From: an uncultured Candidatus Rokubacteria bacterium
GTDB lineage: Bacteria; Methylomirabilota; Methylomirabilia; Rokubacteriales; CSP1-6
Assembly (NCBI GenBank): GCA_963754315.1
Contig: CAVWFS010000007.1
Location: 384,001-448,000, forward strand
Length of the DNA: 64,000 nucleotides
Reading direction: 5' to 3'
Shown one piece after another: positions 32,591 through 43,779 of this stretch. The notes beneath the pieces were generated by a model, which did not search any database, was not told the DNA's origin, and was given only the letters and a program-made list of their open reading frames with translations. Position 1 is the first letter of the stretch. Each line of letters starts with the position of its first letter. The position numbers and the translations under genes are program-made.

Positions 32591-33103
32591 TCACGAAATC
32601 GGACGACGGTATTCGACTAGCTTGAGCGAGTATCCCTGTACCTCCTGGGTTAGCTCTCTGGGCTCAGCGAAGCCCATCTTCTCGTAGAAGCGTCGGCCAA
32701 CGATATTGTCTTCCTCGACCGACACCGTCAAGCGCTTGAGGCCCTCTTCTGCGAATGTCGCCAATCCGGCGTTTACCAAGTCGGTCCCGATGGCGCTTCG
32801 CTGCACGTGGGGCAGAACGTAGATTCGCGTCAGCTCTACCGACTCCACCGATCGTCGCATGTACTGCGCGAACCCGATGACGCTTCCGTTCCACTCCGCC
32901 ACCAAGAACGTCGATCCCTGCGCGGCGAGCGCCCGGCTCAAGCTCTCTGGTGAATACCACGTGTTGAGCAACCGGTGCTGGACCTCAACGGGAATGATGC
33001 CAGCGTAGGCGACGGGCCACGTCGTCCGGGCGACCGCCTCGACGCTCGAGAGGTCGATTACCTCGGCTCGCCTGATTACTGCGCGATTCTGACTCAGGTG
33101 CAT
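32591..33103 (-). CDS. GNAT family N-acetyltransferase
   Basis: IYVLP..QRSAIG and N...RRFYEKMGF. Confidence 0.85.
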   Translation of the reverse strand: MHLSQNRAVIRRAEVIDLSSVEAVARTTWPVAYAGIIPVEVQHRLLNTWYSPESLSRALAAQGSTFLVAEWNGSVIGFAQYMRRSVESVELTRIYVLPHVQRSAIGTDLVNAGLATFAEEGLKRLTVSVEEDNIVGRRFYEKMGFAEPRELTQEVQGYSLKLVEYRRPIS

Positions 33104-33116
33104 CGCTTCATCCGGC

Positions 33117-34118
33117 CTATCGGTCCGGTTCTGCGGCGGCGGCGCGGCCCGGCCTCACGTGGCGGGCGGCCAGGTACCACTGGTTGTCGGAGGCGTCCCG
33201 CACCGCGGCGCGGCGTTCGCCGTAGGGTTGAAGCGCGGGCAGTTCCAGCGACGTCGCCCCCGCCGCGATTGCCCGCCGGTACGTGGCGTCCACGTCGTCC
33301 ACGTACAGGTAGAACATCGTCGGCATCGGGCCCCACTCGCCATGGGCCTCGCCCATCTCGATGACCGAGGCGCCCACGCGGATCTTAGCGTGGAGGATGT
33401 CGCCCTCGGGTCCGCGATGGATCGCCATCTCCTCGGCGGCGAAGGCATCCTTCATGAACTCGATCAGCGCGGGGGCGCCGCGGGGATGGAGATACGGCGT
33501 CACGGTGCCGAGACCCGCCGGGATGTGGCCGCCCGTCTGATGGGTCGCGATATACCAGTGGTTGCCGGCGATGTCCCTCACGCTGGCCTCACGGTCGCCG
33601 TACGGCTGGTCCACCGGCGCCTGGAGCGATTCGGCCCCAGCCTCCAGCGCGGTCCGGTAGACCCGGTCGGCGTCAGGGACGTAGAGATGCAGGCCGGTGG
33701 GCGTCGCCGCTCCGCTCCACGCGCCGCCGCCTCCGATCATCAGCGTCGAGTCGCCGATCCGGAGCTCGGCGTGAACGCCGCCTGCCGAGCCGGTGGTCCG
33801 CAGCACCTCCTGGGCGCCGAAGGCCCGCCTCACGAAGTCGATCAACTCCACGGCAGGCTGGACGGCGAGATACGGGATGACGGCCTGGATGCCGGCCCGC
33901 GAGGTCTCACTGACGGTGGTCATGGTCATGGTGGCCCTCCTCGAAAGATCAGCCCCAAGCCGGGCTCTGAACGCTGGGCGGGGCAGATCGCGCAGGTCGT
34001 GAGCGATGCTGAGCAGCTCGGTCAGCGCCGGGTCGGCGGGTGCCCGGGGGGCCTGCGGATCGGCGAGCAACGCCTCCACCGCCTCCGCCAGCCGATCGAT
34101 CCGAGCGTGCTCACTCAT
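33117..34118 (-). CDS. Tandem VOC (glyoxalase/PhnB-like) protein with an N-terminal anti-sigma-like extension
   Basis: Two repeats of PYL...HAE/KIR.GDS...YG.R.A.VRD..GN.WY; about 60-aa N-terminus (LRDLPRPAFRARL) overlapping the sigma stop. Confidence 0.82.
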   Translation of the reverse strand: MSEHARIDRLAEAVEALLADPQAPRAPADPALTELLSIAHDLRDLPRPAFRARLGADLSRRATMTMTTVSETSRAGIQAVIPYLAVQPAVELIDFVRRAFGAQEVLRTTGSAGGVHAELRIGDSTLMIGGGGAWSGAATPTGLHLYVPDADRVYRTALEAGAESLQAPVDQPYGDREASVRDIAGNHWYIATHQTGGHIPAGLGTVTPYLHPRGAPALIEFMKDAFAAEEMAIHRGPEGDILHAKIRVGASVIEMGEAHGEWGPMPTMFYLYVDDVDATYRRAIAAGATSLELPALQPYGERRAAVRDASDNQWYLAARHVRPGRAAAAEPDR

Positions 34119-34675
34119 GGACGTCCCTCATGCGTGCCCGCAAGCTCTCCAGCGCGCGGAACTGAAGCTGCTTGACCGCACCTTCGGTGCGCCCCAGCGC
34201 GCAGGCGATCTCGCGAATGCTCCTCTGCTCGACAAAGCGTTCCAGGATGATGCGCTGCTGATCGCCGGGCAGCCGCCCGACCAGCTCGGCGAGCATCACC
34301 CGCCGGTCCACGTCGGCTTGCTCCGCTTCATCTCCGCGTTCCGGCGCCGGCGTCCCGTGCTCGCGCGACACGTTGCCAGCGGTCGGCGACGGCATTCCTG
34401 GCGATCCGCAGCAGCCAGGCCACGAAGGGGACACCCCGCCACTCGAAGCGGCCGAGATGGGCCAGCGCGTGGTGAAAGACTTCCGCGGTGAGATCCTCGG
34501 CCTCGGCGCGGCCCCGAGCGCGACGGGCGACGAACGCGTAGACCCGCTCGAAGTGGCGCTCGTACAGCTCGGCAAAGCGGCGCGGATCGGACTGGGCGGC
34601 CTCGATCAGAAGCCGCTCGTCTTCACCGCCCACCGCACTCTCCACCGCCGGCGCCCGTGGCTCCATGGCCTCCAC
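34111..34675 (-). CDS. ECF sigma-70 factor, frameshift near 34335
   Basis: FAELYERH, AEDLTAEVF, WLLRIARN; region 4 SIREIA..LGRTEGAVKQLQFRA. Confidence 0.88.
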
Positions 34676-34748
34676 CCCCTACAACGGCCGGTGCCCTGCA
34701 AACGTCACGGTGGGCGGCCAGCCAGTCATTCGGTTCGGGCCGCCGTTC

Positions 34749-34940
34749 CTACTCGCCGGGGCCGAGGCGCCGCGTGTCCCAGCCGTTCACCCAGCGCCCA
34801 GGGCCCAAGGCCCTGACCGTGCGGCCCCACGGATTCCCGTCACCGATCGGAACGCGGCGCGAAGTGCCCACCGCCAGCCGCTCCAACTCGGCCTGCCGCG
34901 CCCGGACCAGATGTGTCATGACGTACTCGTTCAGATCCAA
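34749..34940 (-). CDS. Small helical protein, MDMNEY-family copy 1
   Basis: TTG start after GAGGGG; DLNEYVMTHLVRARQAELERLA. Confidence 0.5.
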   Translation of the reverse strand: MDLNEYVMTHLVRARQAELERLAVGTSRRVPIGDGNPWGRTVRALGPGRWVNGWDTRRLGPGE

Positions 34941-34944
34941 CCCC

Positions 34945-35560
34945 TCAGGATACGCGCCGCGCTGGGCCCCATGCGGCGACCGCAAACCACAGAGAATAGG
35001 TCGTGATCATCAACCGGTTGGCGATGCTGATGGCCGGGTCGAGGCCCATAGCGGGGTTTCCCGCGGCCCGGCCGGCGAAGACAATCGTGGAGCCCAAGAA
35101 CAAGAGCATGCCGACCCACGCTAGAGCGGTCGCCCATCGCAGGTGGCAAGCAGCCCCCGACCATGCCGGTTCATGCACCAGGTTCCTGCTCGCCAGCAAG
35201 AACACGACGGGTGAAGCAAGGATGACCACCAGCCCGGACACGCCGTGCACGTAGGCGACGAGCGGCTTAGACGGTAGTGGCGGACACAGTCCCGCAGCGA
35301 AGAGGGCGGCCCCGATCAGCCACAGGCCTCGCAGCCAGCCGCCCGCTTCGGGTCGAGAGTTGCGGCGGGATGACCTGCGCGAGGAGCATTGCGCCAATGC
35401 CGAAGGTGCAAAACGCCAGCGACATGATCCATCCGTGGCTGCCCAGCTGGTATTCGCTGATGAGGTGTCCCGAGTTGAACTCCGGCTCGAGGAAATGCAG
35501 GCTCGCAAGCAGGCCCAGGAACGTGGCCACCAGCCCGAGGGACAGGCGGGCCCGAATCAT
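34945..35560 (-). CDS. DUF998-like membrane protein, frameshifted
   Basis: LHFLEPEF..HLISEYQLG, then hydrophobic helices with HGVSG in the next frame. Confidence 0.65.
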
Positions 35561-35599
35561 CGGCGAACGGCACCGTGCCTCTACTTGCGCTCGCCTCGA

Positions 35600-35711
35600 C
35601 CGCGGTCTTGGACGCGAGAATCTTCTGGCGCACGCCCAGACCAGTGGCGCGGCACACTCTTCGCAGAACTTCGCGTCCGACTCTCTCGCGCTGACACCGA
35701 GGACAGTTCAT
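35600..35711 (-). pseudogene. Double zinc-ribbon 5' fragment of a cyclase-ATPase gene
   Basis: MNCPRCQRE...AKFCEECAAPL, paralogous to the start at 42255. Confidence 0.55.
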
Positions 35712-35726
35712 CTGCCCGCACCAGCG

Positions 35727-36458
35727 TCAGGCGGCGGTCAGCCCGCGGGCTGCGAAGCGCGGTCTCTTGAGGCGAAGCAAGTACGGCAGACTCCGGAGCA
35801 CGACACCGAGGTTCTCGCTGAACCGTCTGCGCGCCGTCGCCACCGGCACCGGCGGTGACGCTCCGCCCGCGATGTCCCCGAGGTCTATGAAGTAGGTCGG
35901 CACCACGCCCACGCCGTCGAGTTCCTGCTCGAGTGCGTGCCCTCGACTCCGGGCGTGGTCATCGACACGCTGGAACACAGCCTCCGACAGGAGGAGATAC
36001 TCCGGAATGGGTACAGCGTTCTTGAGCATTCGGTGCACGATGATCACGTCCAAACCCGCCAGCTTCGAGGAGTGTTTCACGCGCTGGACCGCGACATCGC
36101 CGAGGTGGGCGACGAACTTGACCCGTAGGCGACCAGCCTGGCGGCAGCCCTCACAGCGGCAGGTGTTCAGCACGTCGATATGCTGCTGGCAGGCGTGAAA
36201 GGCGCGGTGCATCGCCACGACCTGATCGACGGCTATCCGAACCGTCGAGGCTTCCTGGCCCTCGGCGATCCACGCGTAGAGGAACGCGGCATCCCCCTCG
36301 ATTTCGAGCAGCCGCAGGTGGAGCGCCGCGTCGATCATCGCCTCGAGCAGCCTCGCCACCACATCTTGCGCGTGGGCCAGGCTCGTCCGGTGCAGGCGCA
36401 TGAACGGTGTGTACCCCCCGATATCAGCGATGATCAGGAGGGCTCGACCTACTGACAT
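35727..36458 (-). CDS. DUF2652 (nucleotide cyclase-like) protein
   Basis: IADIGGYT, EIEGDA, C.CEGC, KFVAH.G and VHRMLKN. Confidence 0.8.
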   Translation of the reverse strand: MSVGRALLIIADIGGYTPFMRLHRTSLAHAQDVVARLLEAMIDAALHLRLLEIEGDAAFLYAWIAEGQEASTVRIAVDQVVAMHRAFHACQQHIDVLNTCRCEGCRQAGRLRVKFVAHLGDVAVQRVKHSSKLAGLDVIIVHRMLKNAVPIPEYLLLSEAVFQRVDDHARSRGHALEQELDGVGVVPTYFIDLGDIAGGASPPVPVATARRRFSENLGVVLRSLPYLLRLKRPRFAARGLTAA

Positions 36459-36643
36459 ATCGCCATGATCCCATCGGCGATCAGGCGAAGGCAACGCCTG
36501 CGGTCCTGACGCCAGCCTGACGTGGCCGGTGGCATCAATCATAGGGCCCTCTCCTCCGGAGGCATCAGTCTTCCTCTCCCAGAGTCGCAGAGTCACCGGC
36601 GATGACAACTAAGCGGGAGGTAAGGGAACCTGAGGGGAACGCG

Positions 36644-36928
36644 TCAGAGCACGTTCACGGGAACTTCGTGGACGGGGCTCGCGCGTAATGTCCCGCGGTC
36701 AAGTCGGAATGCAGATCGCGAAAGGTAAAGGTGCATCGAGTCGCCGTTCCCGAGTAGCGCCGCCCCGCACCCACCTGCTAGGCGCATCAGGCCGACGCCG
36801 AGCGTAACGCGCAGGGGTTGACGCGGCGGCCCCAGCGTGGCCGCGAGCACCGCGCGGCGGGCGTCGGCCCGTATGTCGTCTAGCCGCTGGCGCACGAGCG
36901 TGTCGATCACGTAGTCGTTCATGTCCAT
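36644..36928 (-). CDS. Small helical protein, MDMNEY-family copy 2 (3' end uncertain)
   Basis: MDMNDYVIDTLVRQRLDDIRADARR...QPLRVTLGVGLMRLAG. Confidence 0.55.
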   Translation of the reverse strand: MDMNDYVIDTLVRQRLDDIRADARRAVLAATLGPPRQPLRVTLGVGLMRLAGGCGAALLGNGDSMHLYLSRSAFRLDRGTLRASPVHEVPVNVL

Positions 36929-37002
36929 AACATCAACTCCGCGTTGCGACGGCGGTGGTCGCCGTCAGCCTCGTGATGCATGAGAGAGAAGTCCTCATGA
37001 TC

Positions 37003-37394
37003 TCAGGCCGCTTCGCGGTCGCGCAGCCGCCGAGGCACATCCCCGGCGCTCGTGCCGCCGATCCAGCGGGCGATGGCAATCAGTGCGGCGTGGCCTTCGA
37101 CCACAAGATCAACGCCCTCGTCAAGAGAGTTGCACCCGGTCGTGAGGACGCAGTGCGGATTGAGGGCGAGGTTCTCCGCTTTGCGTTCCCTCGGGCCAGT
37201 GCAGAAATACAGGGCGCCATCTGACAATACGGCGATAAGAGGCGTGACGTGTGGGCGCCCGTCGGGATGCACAGTCGATATCCAGAAGACCTTTGCGTCT
37301 TCCAAGCGCCCGCGCGCCTCTCCCCACCCAGTTGGGTCGCGCCCTCGCTGCTGAACCGCGCATCCAGCTCGGCCACCGGTGCCTTGCTTTCCAC
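37003..37394 (-). pseudogene. Pyridoxamine 5'-phosphate oxidase-like protein, frameshifted/truncated
   Basis: FWISTVHPDGRPHVTPL and K.ENLALNPHC. Confidence 0.7.
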
Positions 37395-37397
37395 TCT

Positions 37398-38183
37398 TCA
37401 CACCACCCGAGACTGATGAGCGGAGCACCCACAGGTCGCCTGGTGGTAGCGCCCGCTCCCTTCCACCATGCCACCTTTGCCGTACCTGTTCTTCGGCCGG
37501 ACCCAGTCAGCCAGCGTGTTGTAGGGTCCGTCCTCGCCCCGCCCCTTCGGCATCACGTCGAGATACCGGTAGACGCCGAGGAATTCCTCGCCGCCGCGCC
37601 CATAGGTCGAATAGGTGTGGAAGATCTTGCCGGCGTCGTTCTTGAAGAAGACGCTGTCGCCGGAGAGGTCCTCCAACCCGGGATTGACGTATTCATAGTT
37701 GTAGAAGGCGCGGCCCGCCGCGATCTCTGCAGGCGTGAAGGAGACGTGGAAGTCATAGTTGAAGTCGGAGTGGTACGACGAGACCCATGTGAAGCCCCAC
37801 TCCATCCGCTTGCGGACCGCCTCGATCTCCTCGATCGGTGCCCGCGCCACGACGGCATACGACACGTCATGGTTCTGCAGATGCACGAGCGCGCCCTCGA
37901 TATGGTCCACCTCGAGTGAGCAACCGACGCACTGACCAACCTGGCCGGGTCCCATCATGAAGTGCTTGACGAAAAGCTGACTGCGTCCGTCAAACAGCTC
38001 GGCCAGGGTCACCTTGCCATGCCGCGCGTCGAAGACATACTGCTTCTCGACTTGCACCCAGGGCAGCGCACGGCGCTCGGCGGCCAATCCGTCGCGAAAC
38101 CGCGTGAGCTCCTTCTCCTTCGCCATGAGCGCTTTCCGGGCTTCGAGCCATTCCTCACGCGAGACGATTCTGGGGTTGTTCAT
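37398..38183 (-). CDS. DUF899 thioredoxin-family protein
   Basis: VSREEWLEARK, RRALPW, CVGCS, SDFNYDF and FHTYSTYGRG. Confidence 0.9.
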   Translation of the reverse strand: MNNPRIVSREEWLEARKALMAKEKELTRFRDGLAAERRALPWVQVEKQYVFDARHGKVTLAELFDGRSQLFVKHFMMGPGQVGQCVGCSLEVDHIEGALVHLQNHDVSYAVVARAPIEEIEAVRKRMEWGFTWVSSYHSDFNYDFHVSFTPAEIAAGRAFYNYEYVNPGLEDLSGDSVFFKNDAGKIFHTYSTYGRGGEEFLGVYRYLDVMPKGRGEDGPYNTLADWVRPKNRYGKGGMVEGSGRYHQATCGCSAHQSRVV

Positions 38184-38262
38184 CGTGGTCTCCTCCCGTG
38201 CAGGTCGGTTCCTCGCGCCCCGTTTCCCCACGGTTCGCGCGACCTTCTCCTCTCGCTCTATA

Positions 38263-38289
38263 GTCGAACCGGCGGACACGCGATCGACA
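38263..38289 (-). promoter_or_regulatory. ECF42-like promoter upstream of DUF899
   Basis: TGTCGA-N17-CGAC. Confidence 0.55.
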
Positions 38290-38775
38290 TCCAGGCTCCC
38301 AGGGCCTGGAGGCTCCGGGAGCGCGCGCTTTGGCCACGAAATCCCCGACTTGCGGCGTGAGGATGGATCTTCCACAAACCGGCACTGGACGGATAGACGC
38401 GTGGGCTCTGACGCGGATCCAGTAGGCGGATGGCGATTTGAAGCGTGAAGGCGAAAGGGAATGCCTCCACCAGATCGCTATGAATCCTCGCGCCTACGGA
38501 GAGATGGCGGCCATCATCCTATATGGTTGCTCGACTCAAACGCGGGGCCGGGAGGGGTCACAGATCCTGCTGGACGACCCCTCTGGCAATCCGATCAAGC
38601 TCTTCGTGCCTCGGCGTCGGTAGCAGAGCCTAGCGCGCGGTCGAGTCCCGGACCGGGAGAGCCCCGTCGTCGAGGTCTTGAAGCGGCCTTGTCAGAACTT
38701 GACGGCAGGATGCAGGTCCTCCCTGTGGATCATACGCGCGCTGGACGTCGGCCAGCGGCTGCGCGGACAATAGGC

Positions 38776-39219
38776 ATGCGACGAATCGAGACCGAGATCA
38801 CGATACAGGGCACGCCCGAGCAGGTGTGGTCCGTCTTGACGGACTTCCCCAGATATCCGGATTGGAACCCGTTCATTCGCGAGGCCTCCGGAGAGGTCAC
38901 ACCAGGCGCCCGGCTCACGGTGCGCCTGCATCTGCCCGAGGGGCGCCCGATGACGTTCCGTCCCACAGTACGGAAGGCGTCCCCCGGTCACGAGCTACGG
39001 TGGCGCGGACACTTCGGGCTCCCCGGGCTGTTCGACGGAGAGCACGCGTTTCGTCTCGAGCCCGCCGGCGCGGGCCAGACACGTTTCCGCCAGACCGAGG
39101 AATTCCGCGGCATCCTCGTCCACCTCGCGCCGAACTCGATGTACGAGCGGCTCCGACGTGGCTTCGAGGAGATGAATCGAGCGCTTCGAGCTACCGTCGA
39201 GCAGCACGCCCGTGCCTGA
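38776..39219 (+). CDS. SRPBCC (polyketide cyclase/dehydrase) family protein
   Basis: VWSVLTDFPRYPDWNPF, GLFDGEH.F and MNRAL. Confidence 0.85.
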   Translation: MRRIETEITIQGTPEQVWSVLTDFPRYPDWNPFIREASGEVTPGARLTVRLHLPEGRPMTFRPTVRKASPGHELRWRGHFGLPGLFDGEHAFRLEPAGAGQTRFRQTEEFRGILVHLAPNSMYERLRRGFEEMNRALRATVEQHARA

Positions 39220-39687
39220 CGCGTCGAGCCAGCGCCCCAGTCGCATGAAGCACAGCTGAAGGGCGATCGCGAGCGTATCACATCCTTCGCTGCCGAAATC
39301 GATCCCCAGCCGTTTTGCCTCGACGAAGAGGCCGCTCGAGGGTCTGTGTTCAAGGGCTTGGCGGCGAGCGGAAGTATACCGCGGCGATGACCATGCGCCC
39401 GCTCGTAGAGAGCGAGCTGAAGCCCGTGGGTGGCATCGTCGACTTCGGATTCGCCGAATTTCGCTGGACGAGGCCGTACGACCGGACGATACTTTGCATC
39501 TCGAGATCGAGATGCTCGAGGTACGACCCTCCAGGTCTCGCTCCGATCAAGGCGTGATCAAGGTGAAGACCACGACGCTAATTCAGCGCGTCGAGCCGGT
39601 GCAGGTCTCCGTCGGAAACCTCACCGTTCGACGTCGACCCGCTTCGACGGCTTGAGAAGCATCCGCGGTTGGCACCGGGGGACACGG

Positions 39688-40407
39688 ATGAACGAGTTAC
39701 TCGCCAGAGTCCTTGACGCCCACGGCGGCGTCCACAGATGGAATGGATACGAAAGGGTCGAGGCCACGCTGGTGAGCGGCGGCGGGCTCTTTGCGCTGAA
39801 GGGGGTGCCACAGGATCCAAACCCCCGCCGCATGACCGTGTGGCTGCGCGAGGAGCGCTCATCGGTCATGCCCTATGGCGCGCCGGATCAGCGTACGATG
39901 TTCACACCGGACAGGATCGCCATCGAAAAGCTCGACGGCACGCTGGTCGCCGAGCGCCGCGCGCCGAGAGATTCGTTTGCCGGCCACCAGATGACCACGG
40001 TGTGGGACCCGCTGCATCGTGCTTACTTCAACGGCGAGGCCCTCTGGACCTATCTCACGACGCCGTTTCTTCTTGCGATGAGTGGCGTGCGGGTCGAAGA
40101 GACGGAGACCTGGCGTGAGGGCGCGGAAACGTGGCGCGTACTGCGCACCTACTTTCCCGGCTCGATCGAGACGCACTGCCTCGTCCAGGATTTCTTCTTC
40201 GGCGACGACCTGATGCTCCGCCGCCACGACTACAGCGTAAATGTCGCCGGAGGCTTTCCCGCGGCCCAGCTGACGTCGGACTACATCGAGGCCAACGGCA
40301 TTCGTCTGCCGAGCAAGCGTCGCGCCTATACGCGCGGATCGGATCGGCGCCCGATCCAGGAGATGCTGATGGTATCGCTCGATCTCAGCGACGTCAGGTT
40401 CGAGTAG
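39688..40407 (+). CDS. Conserved hypothetical protein
   Basis: LDAHGG..RW, AYFNGEALWTYLTTPF and LRRHDY; clean ORF. Confidence 0.7.
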   Translation: MNELLARVLDAHGGVHRWNGYERVEATLVSGGGLFALKGVPQDPNPRRMTVWLREERSSVMPYGAPDQRTMFTPDRIAIEKLDGTLVAERRAPRDSFAGHQMTTVWDPLHRAYFNGEALWTYLTTPFLLAMSGVRVEETETWREGAETWRVLRTYFPGSIETHCLVQDFFFGDDLMLRRHDYSVNVAGGFPAAQLTSDYIEANGIRLPSKRRAYTRGSDRRPIQEMLMVSLDLSDVRFE

Positions 40408-40418
40408 CCGTTCGCCGG

Positions 40419-42255
40419 TCACGACGACGTGTCAGGCGTTCCCGGCGTTGGCTCTTCCACGCCCAGAACGATCAGGATTCGGGGGGTGTATCCCGACTCG
40501 GCGGAGCGCCTATGGAAGCTCAGCGAGGATATGACAGCCTGCAGCGTCGCTGGCACCTGAACCGTCGGTAAGGGTCGCGCCAGGCGGTAGGCGCCGCGCT
40601 CACCGTCCAGAGCTCCGGTCTCCACCAACGCACGGACGCTCTCCTCCAGGAAAAATGGATTGCTCTCGGTCCGTTCGATCAAGGCGTCCTTGAGCGCATC
40701 CAGCGCGGCCTCGGGCCAGAGCAGCGCACCGAGCAGTTGCTCGGCCGTCTTCCGCGGCAACGGCTCGAGCCGGATCTGCGTGTAGGAAGTGCGGCTGCCC
40801 CACGAGTGACGATACTCAGGCCGGTAATTTAGGAGAAGCAGGAGCCGGGCGGCCGGCAGGCTCTCGATGAGACCATCGAGCACCTCTTGCGTCTCGGCGT
40901 CGATCCAGTGGAGGTCCTCGACAACGACCAGCAGCGGCTGGACCTGGCTCTCTCGCAGCAAGAGCCGCTTCACGGCGTCCAGCGTATGCCGGCGACGCTG
41001 AGACGGATCGAGCGTCGGCCACAGCGGATCATCGGTCGGCACGTCGAGCAGTGACAGAAGCGCCGGCAGGGTGCCTTCCAGCGCACGGTCGAGTGTCAAG
41101 AGCTTGCCGGTCAGCTTCTCCCGTACGGTGCGGGGACCATCACGGTCCTCGATGGCGCAATAGCTCTTGAGGAGGTCGATCACCGGCAAATAGCTCGTCG
41201 CCCTGCCGTAGGAGACCGAGCCGGCCTGGAGGACGAGCCAGCCATGAACCCGGTGTGAGTGGGTAATCTCCCAGATCAGGCGCGACTTGCCCACACCGGG
41301 TTCGCCCGCGATCGCCACCACCTGCCCTTGGCCACGGGCGGCGCGGTTCAGCGCTTGTCGGAGCTGGTCCAGCTCGCCCTCGCGCCCTACGAAGCGAGTC
41401 AACCCGCGCGCCGCCGCCGCGTGGAGTCGGGAGCGTCGGGGGCCGGCCCCTGTCAACTCGTAGACCTCGATCGCCGCCTCGACGCCTCTCACCGGCACCG
41501 GCCCCAGCCGGGTCACCGTCACGTAACCTTCCGCCAATCGCAGAGTCTCGGCGGTCACCAGCGTGGTACCCGGGGTCGCGAGTTGTTCCATCCGTGCCGC
41601 CAGGTGGGTCGTCTGGCCAACGGCACTGTAGTCGACTTTGAGGTCGCTACCGATCGCCCGCACAACCACCTCACCCGAGTTGAGGCCGGCCCGGATCTGG
41701 GCCCTGAGCCCGTGGCTGCGCCACAGCTCGTCGTCGTAACGGCGGATCGCGGCCTGCATGTCGAATGGCCGCGTAGCACGCACGAACCGCGTGATCCTCG
41801 TGGGCGAGCGGCGCCCCGAACAGCGCCATGATCCCGTCCCCGATCACCAGGTTCACCGTCCCCTCGTAGCGATGCACCGCCTCCATCATGTGCTCGAGCG
41901 CAGGATCCAGGATCTGGCGCGCCTCTTCAGGGTCGCGGTCGGCAATCAGCTCCATCGAGCCCTTCATATCCGCGAAGAGGACCGTGACTTGCTTTCGTTC
42001 CCCGTCCAGCGCGCTCTTGGACGTCAGGATCCTCTCGGCCAGGTGCCTGGGAGTGTAGGACTCAGGCGAGTCGAATCGCTGAACCACAGACGGCGCGGCC
42101 ACCAGCCCGGTCGGGTGGGCACACTCGGGGCAGAACTTCGCGGTCGCCGACAGGAGGCGACCGCAGCTGGCGCACCCTCGCGGCAGGGGCGCGGCACACT
42201 CCTCGCAGAACTTCGCGTCCGCCTCGTTCTGGTGCTGGCACCGAGGACATCTCAT
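40419..42255 (-). pseudogene. Double zinc ribbon + class III adenylate/guanylate cyclase + AAA ATPase, truncated before the TPR region
   Basis: CPRC/CEEC/CASC/CPEC; GERKQVTVLFAD, GDGIMALFGAP, GEPGVGKSRL and EDLHW; similarity ends at VPATLQAVI (~40530). Confidence 0.8.
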
Positions 42256-42295
42256 CGGCCGGACCTCCTTGCGCTCCCGCCGGGCCCTACACGCG

Positions 42296-43306
42296 TCAGC
42301 TGACGTCTACCTCCACCTGGTGCACGGCATTGCGCCGCCCGGATATCGGCTGGAGCAGCCCGTGCATTCCCTCGGCCAGTGAGGCGAGGATCACCCGACC
42401 ACGCTGCTCCGGCGTCCACGAAATCGAGAATCGCTGCCACGCGCGGCCGTGAGGCGCCTCGAGCGCGGCAGGTTGCCATGCTGCCGCATCGTCAGTGCGC
42501 ACGTAGACTCTACGCACCCCACCATCCGCCCAGGCCCAACCCCAGATGTCACGCTCGGCCGACACCTCGATCATCTCCCGAGGCGCCGGCGAGACGATGA
42601 CCGACTCTGGTGCGATCGACCAGACCGGCATGCGTTCGCGGGTTGGGTGGCCGGTGCCATCCAGCACCGGGTCGTTGTACCAACGCGTGGTGAAGGGCCC
42701 CGGCGCCCGTCTCTCGGCCAATGTCATCCGGGTGAGCCATTTGACGCTGTTGGTTCCGTAAAAGCCCGGAACGACCAGACGCGCCGGGAAGCCGTGCTCG
42801 GCGGGCAGCGCGTGGCCGTTCATCTCGTAGCCAATGAGGACATCGGCCTCCGCACGGGAGATCGGAACGTCCTTGACGTAGGCATCGACCACGATGCCGC
42901 CGAACTCGCCGAAGTCAGCGCCGTACGACCAGATGTAGTGAGCGTCTGCCCTGGGCCGACAATCGGCCAGTATGTCGGCCAGCCGGGTCCCACCCCACGT
43001 GACATTGCTCGCGCGGCGCGTCGGCTCGAACGGCGCGAACGGACTGCCACAGCACTCATGAACGCTCACCAGCTCGGTCTTTGAATAGCGCACGAGGTCA
43101 CTGAACCGCAAGGTGCGCGGGTGCTCCACCAGGCCATCGATCGTCAAGGACCACCGATCCTGGTCGAGCCGCGGAACACCGAGGTGGCACAATACGAACA
43201 GGGTCTCCGTTGCCGTCAGTCGCTCCTGCATTTCGTGTGGGAGCAGCGGATCACGTTTGAAAGGGCCTTGCGGGTCGAGCCTCACCGGATTCACCCCGCC
43301 CGTCAT
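42296..43306 (-). CDS. Sulfite-oxidase family molybdopterin oxidoreductase
   Basis: HECCG, YEMNG, EHGFPARLVVPGFYGTNSVKWL; ATGA overlap with the upstream gene. Confidence 0.88.
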   Translation of the reverse strand: MTGGVNPVRLDPQGPFKRDPLLPHEMQERLTATETLFVLCHLGVPRLDQDRWSLTIDGLVEHPRTLRFSDLVRYSKTELVSVHECCGSPFAPFEPTRRASNVTWGGTRLADILADCRPRADAHYIWSYGADFGEFGGIVVDAYVKDVPISRAEADVLIGYEMNGHALPAEHGFPARLVVPGFYGTNSVKWLTRMTLAERRAPGPFTTRWYNDPVLDGTGHPTRERMPVWSIAPESVIVSPAPREMIEVSAERDIWGWAWADGGVRRVYVRTDDAAAWQPAALEAPHGRAWQRFSISWTPEQRGRVILASLAEGMHGLLQPISGRRNAVHQVEVDVS

Positions 43307-43779
43307 CGCTTCAGCCGGTGCAGAGCCAACAGAGCACAGAGAAACGAGGTTATGTCCAGGGGTTCTCTGAACCACGTCCAGAAGGTCCACCGGGCGACCC
43401 TCCCGGCAAGCTCAGCGGATGGGGCCGAATCAAGCGGCACCTTTTGAAACGCGAGCATCTCAGGAATGAAAAACAGGGCGCTCCACACGCGCATGACGGC
43501 ATAGGAGATCCCGGCAATCACGAGCAGCCGGCGGACGGTTCTATCGCGCCACGTCATCACCAGGGCGAGGACGATGAAAAGTGTGATCGCCACATGAACC
43601 GGAATCCAGAAGCGCTGAAGGGGTATCCCAGTTCCGGGTTGGATGATCGAGAATGACGAGGGCGGTGATCTGCTCCACATCGGGGCGAGGACGATCGACT
43701 CGAAGAGGCCGCCGCCAAGCGCGATGGCCAGGGAGAAACAGAGCATGATCAAGGAGGATAGTGCGATGACTGTCCTCAT
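43303..43779 (-). CDS. Membrane protein (DUF1772-like)
   Basis: Four TM segments; P.WS.SPP.S and FWIP.H. Confidence 0.65.
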   Translation of the reverse strand: MRTVIALSSLIMLCFSLAIALGGGLFESIVLAPMWSRSPPSSFSIIQPGTGIPLQRFWIPVHVAITLFIVLALVMTWRDRTVRRLLVIAGISYAVMRVWSALFFIPEMLAFQKVPLDSAPSAELAGRVARWTFWTWFREPLDITSFLCALLALHRLKR

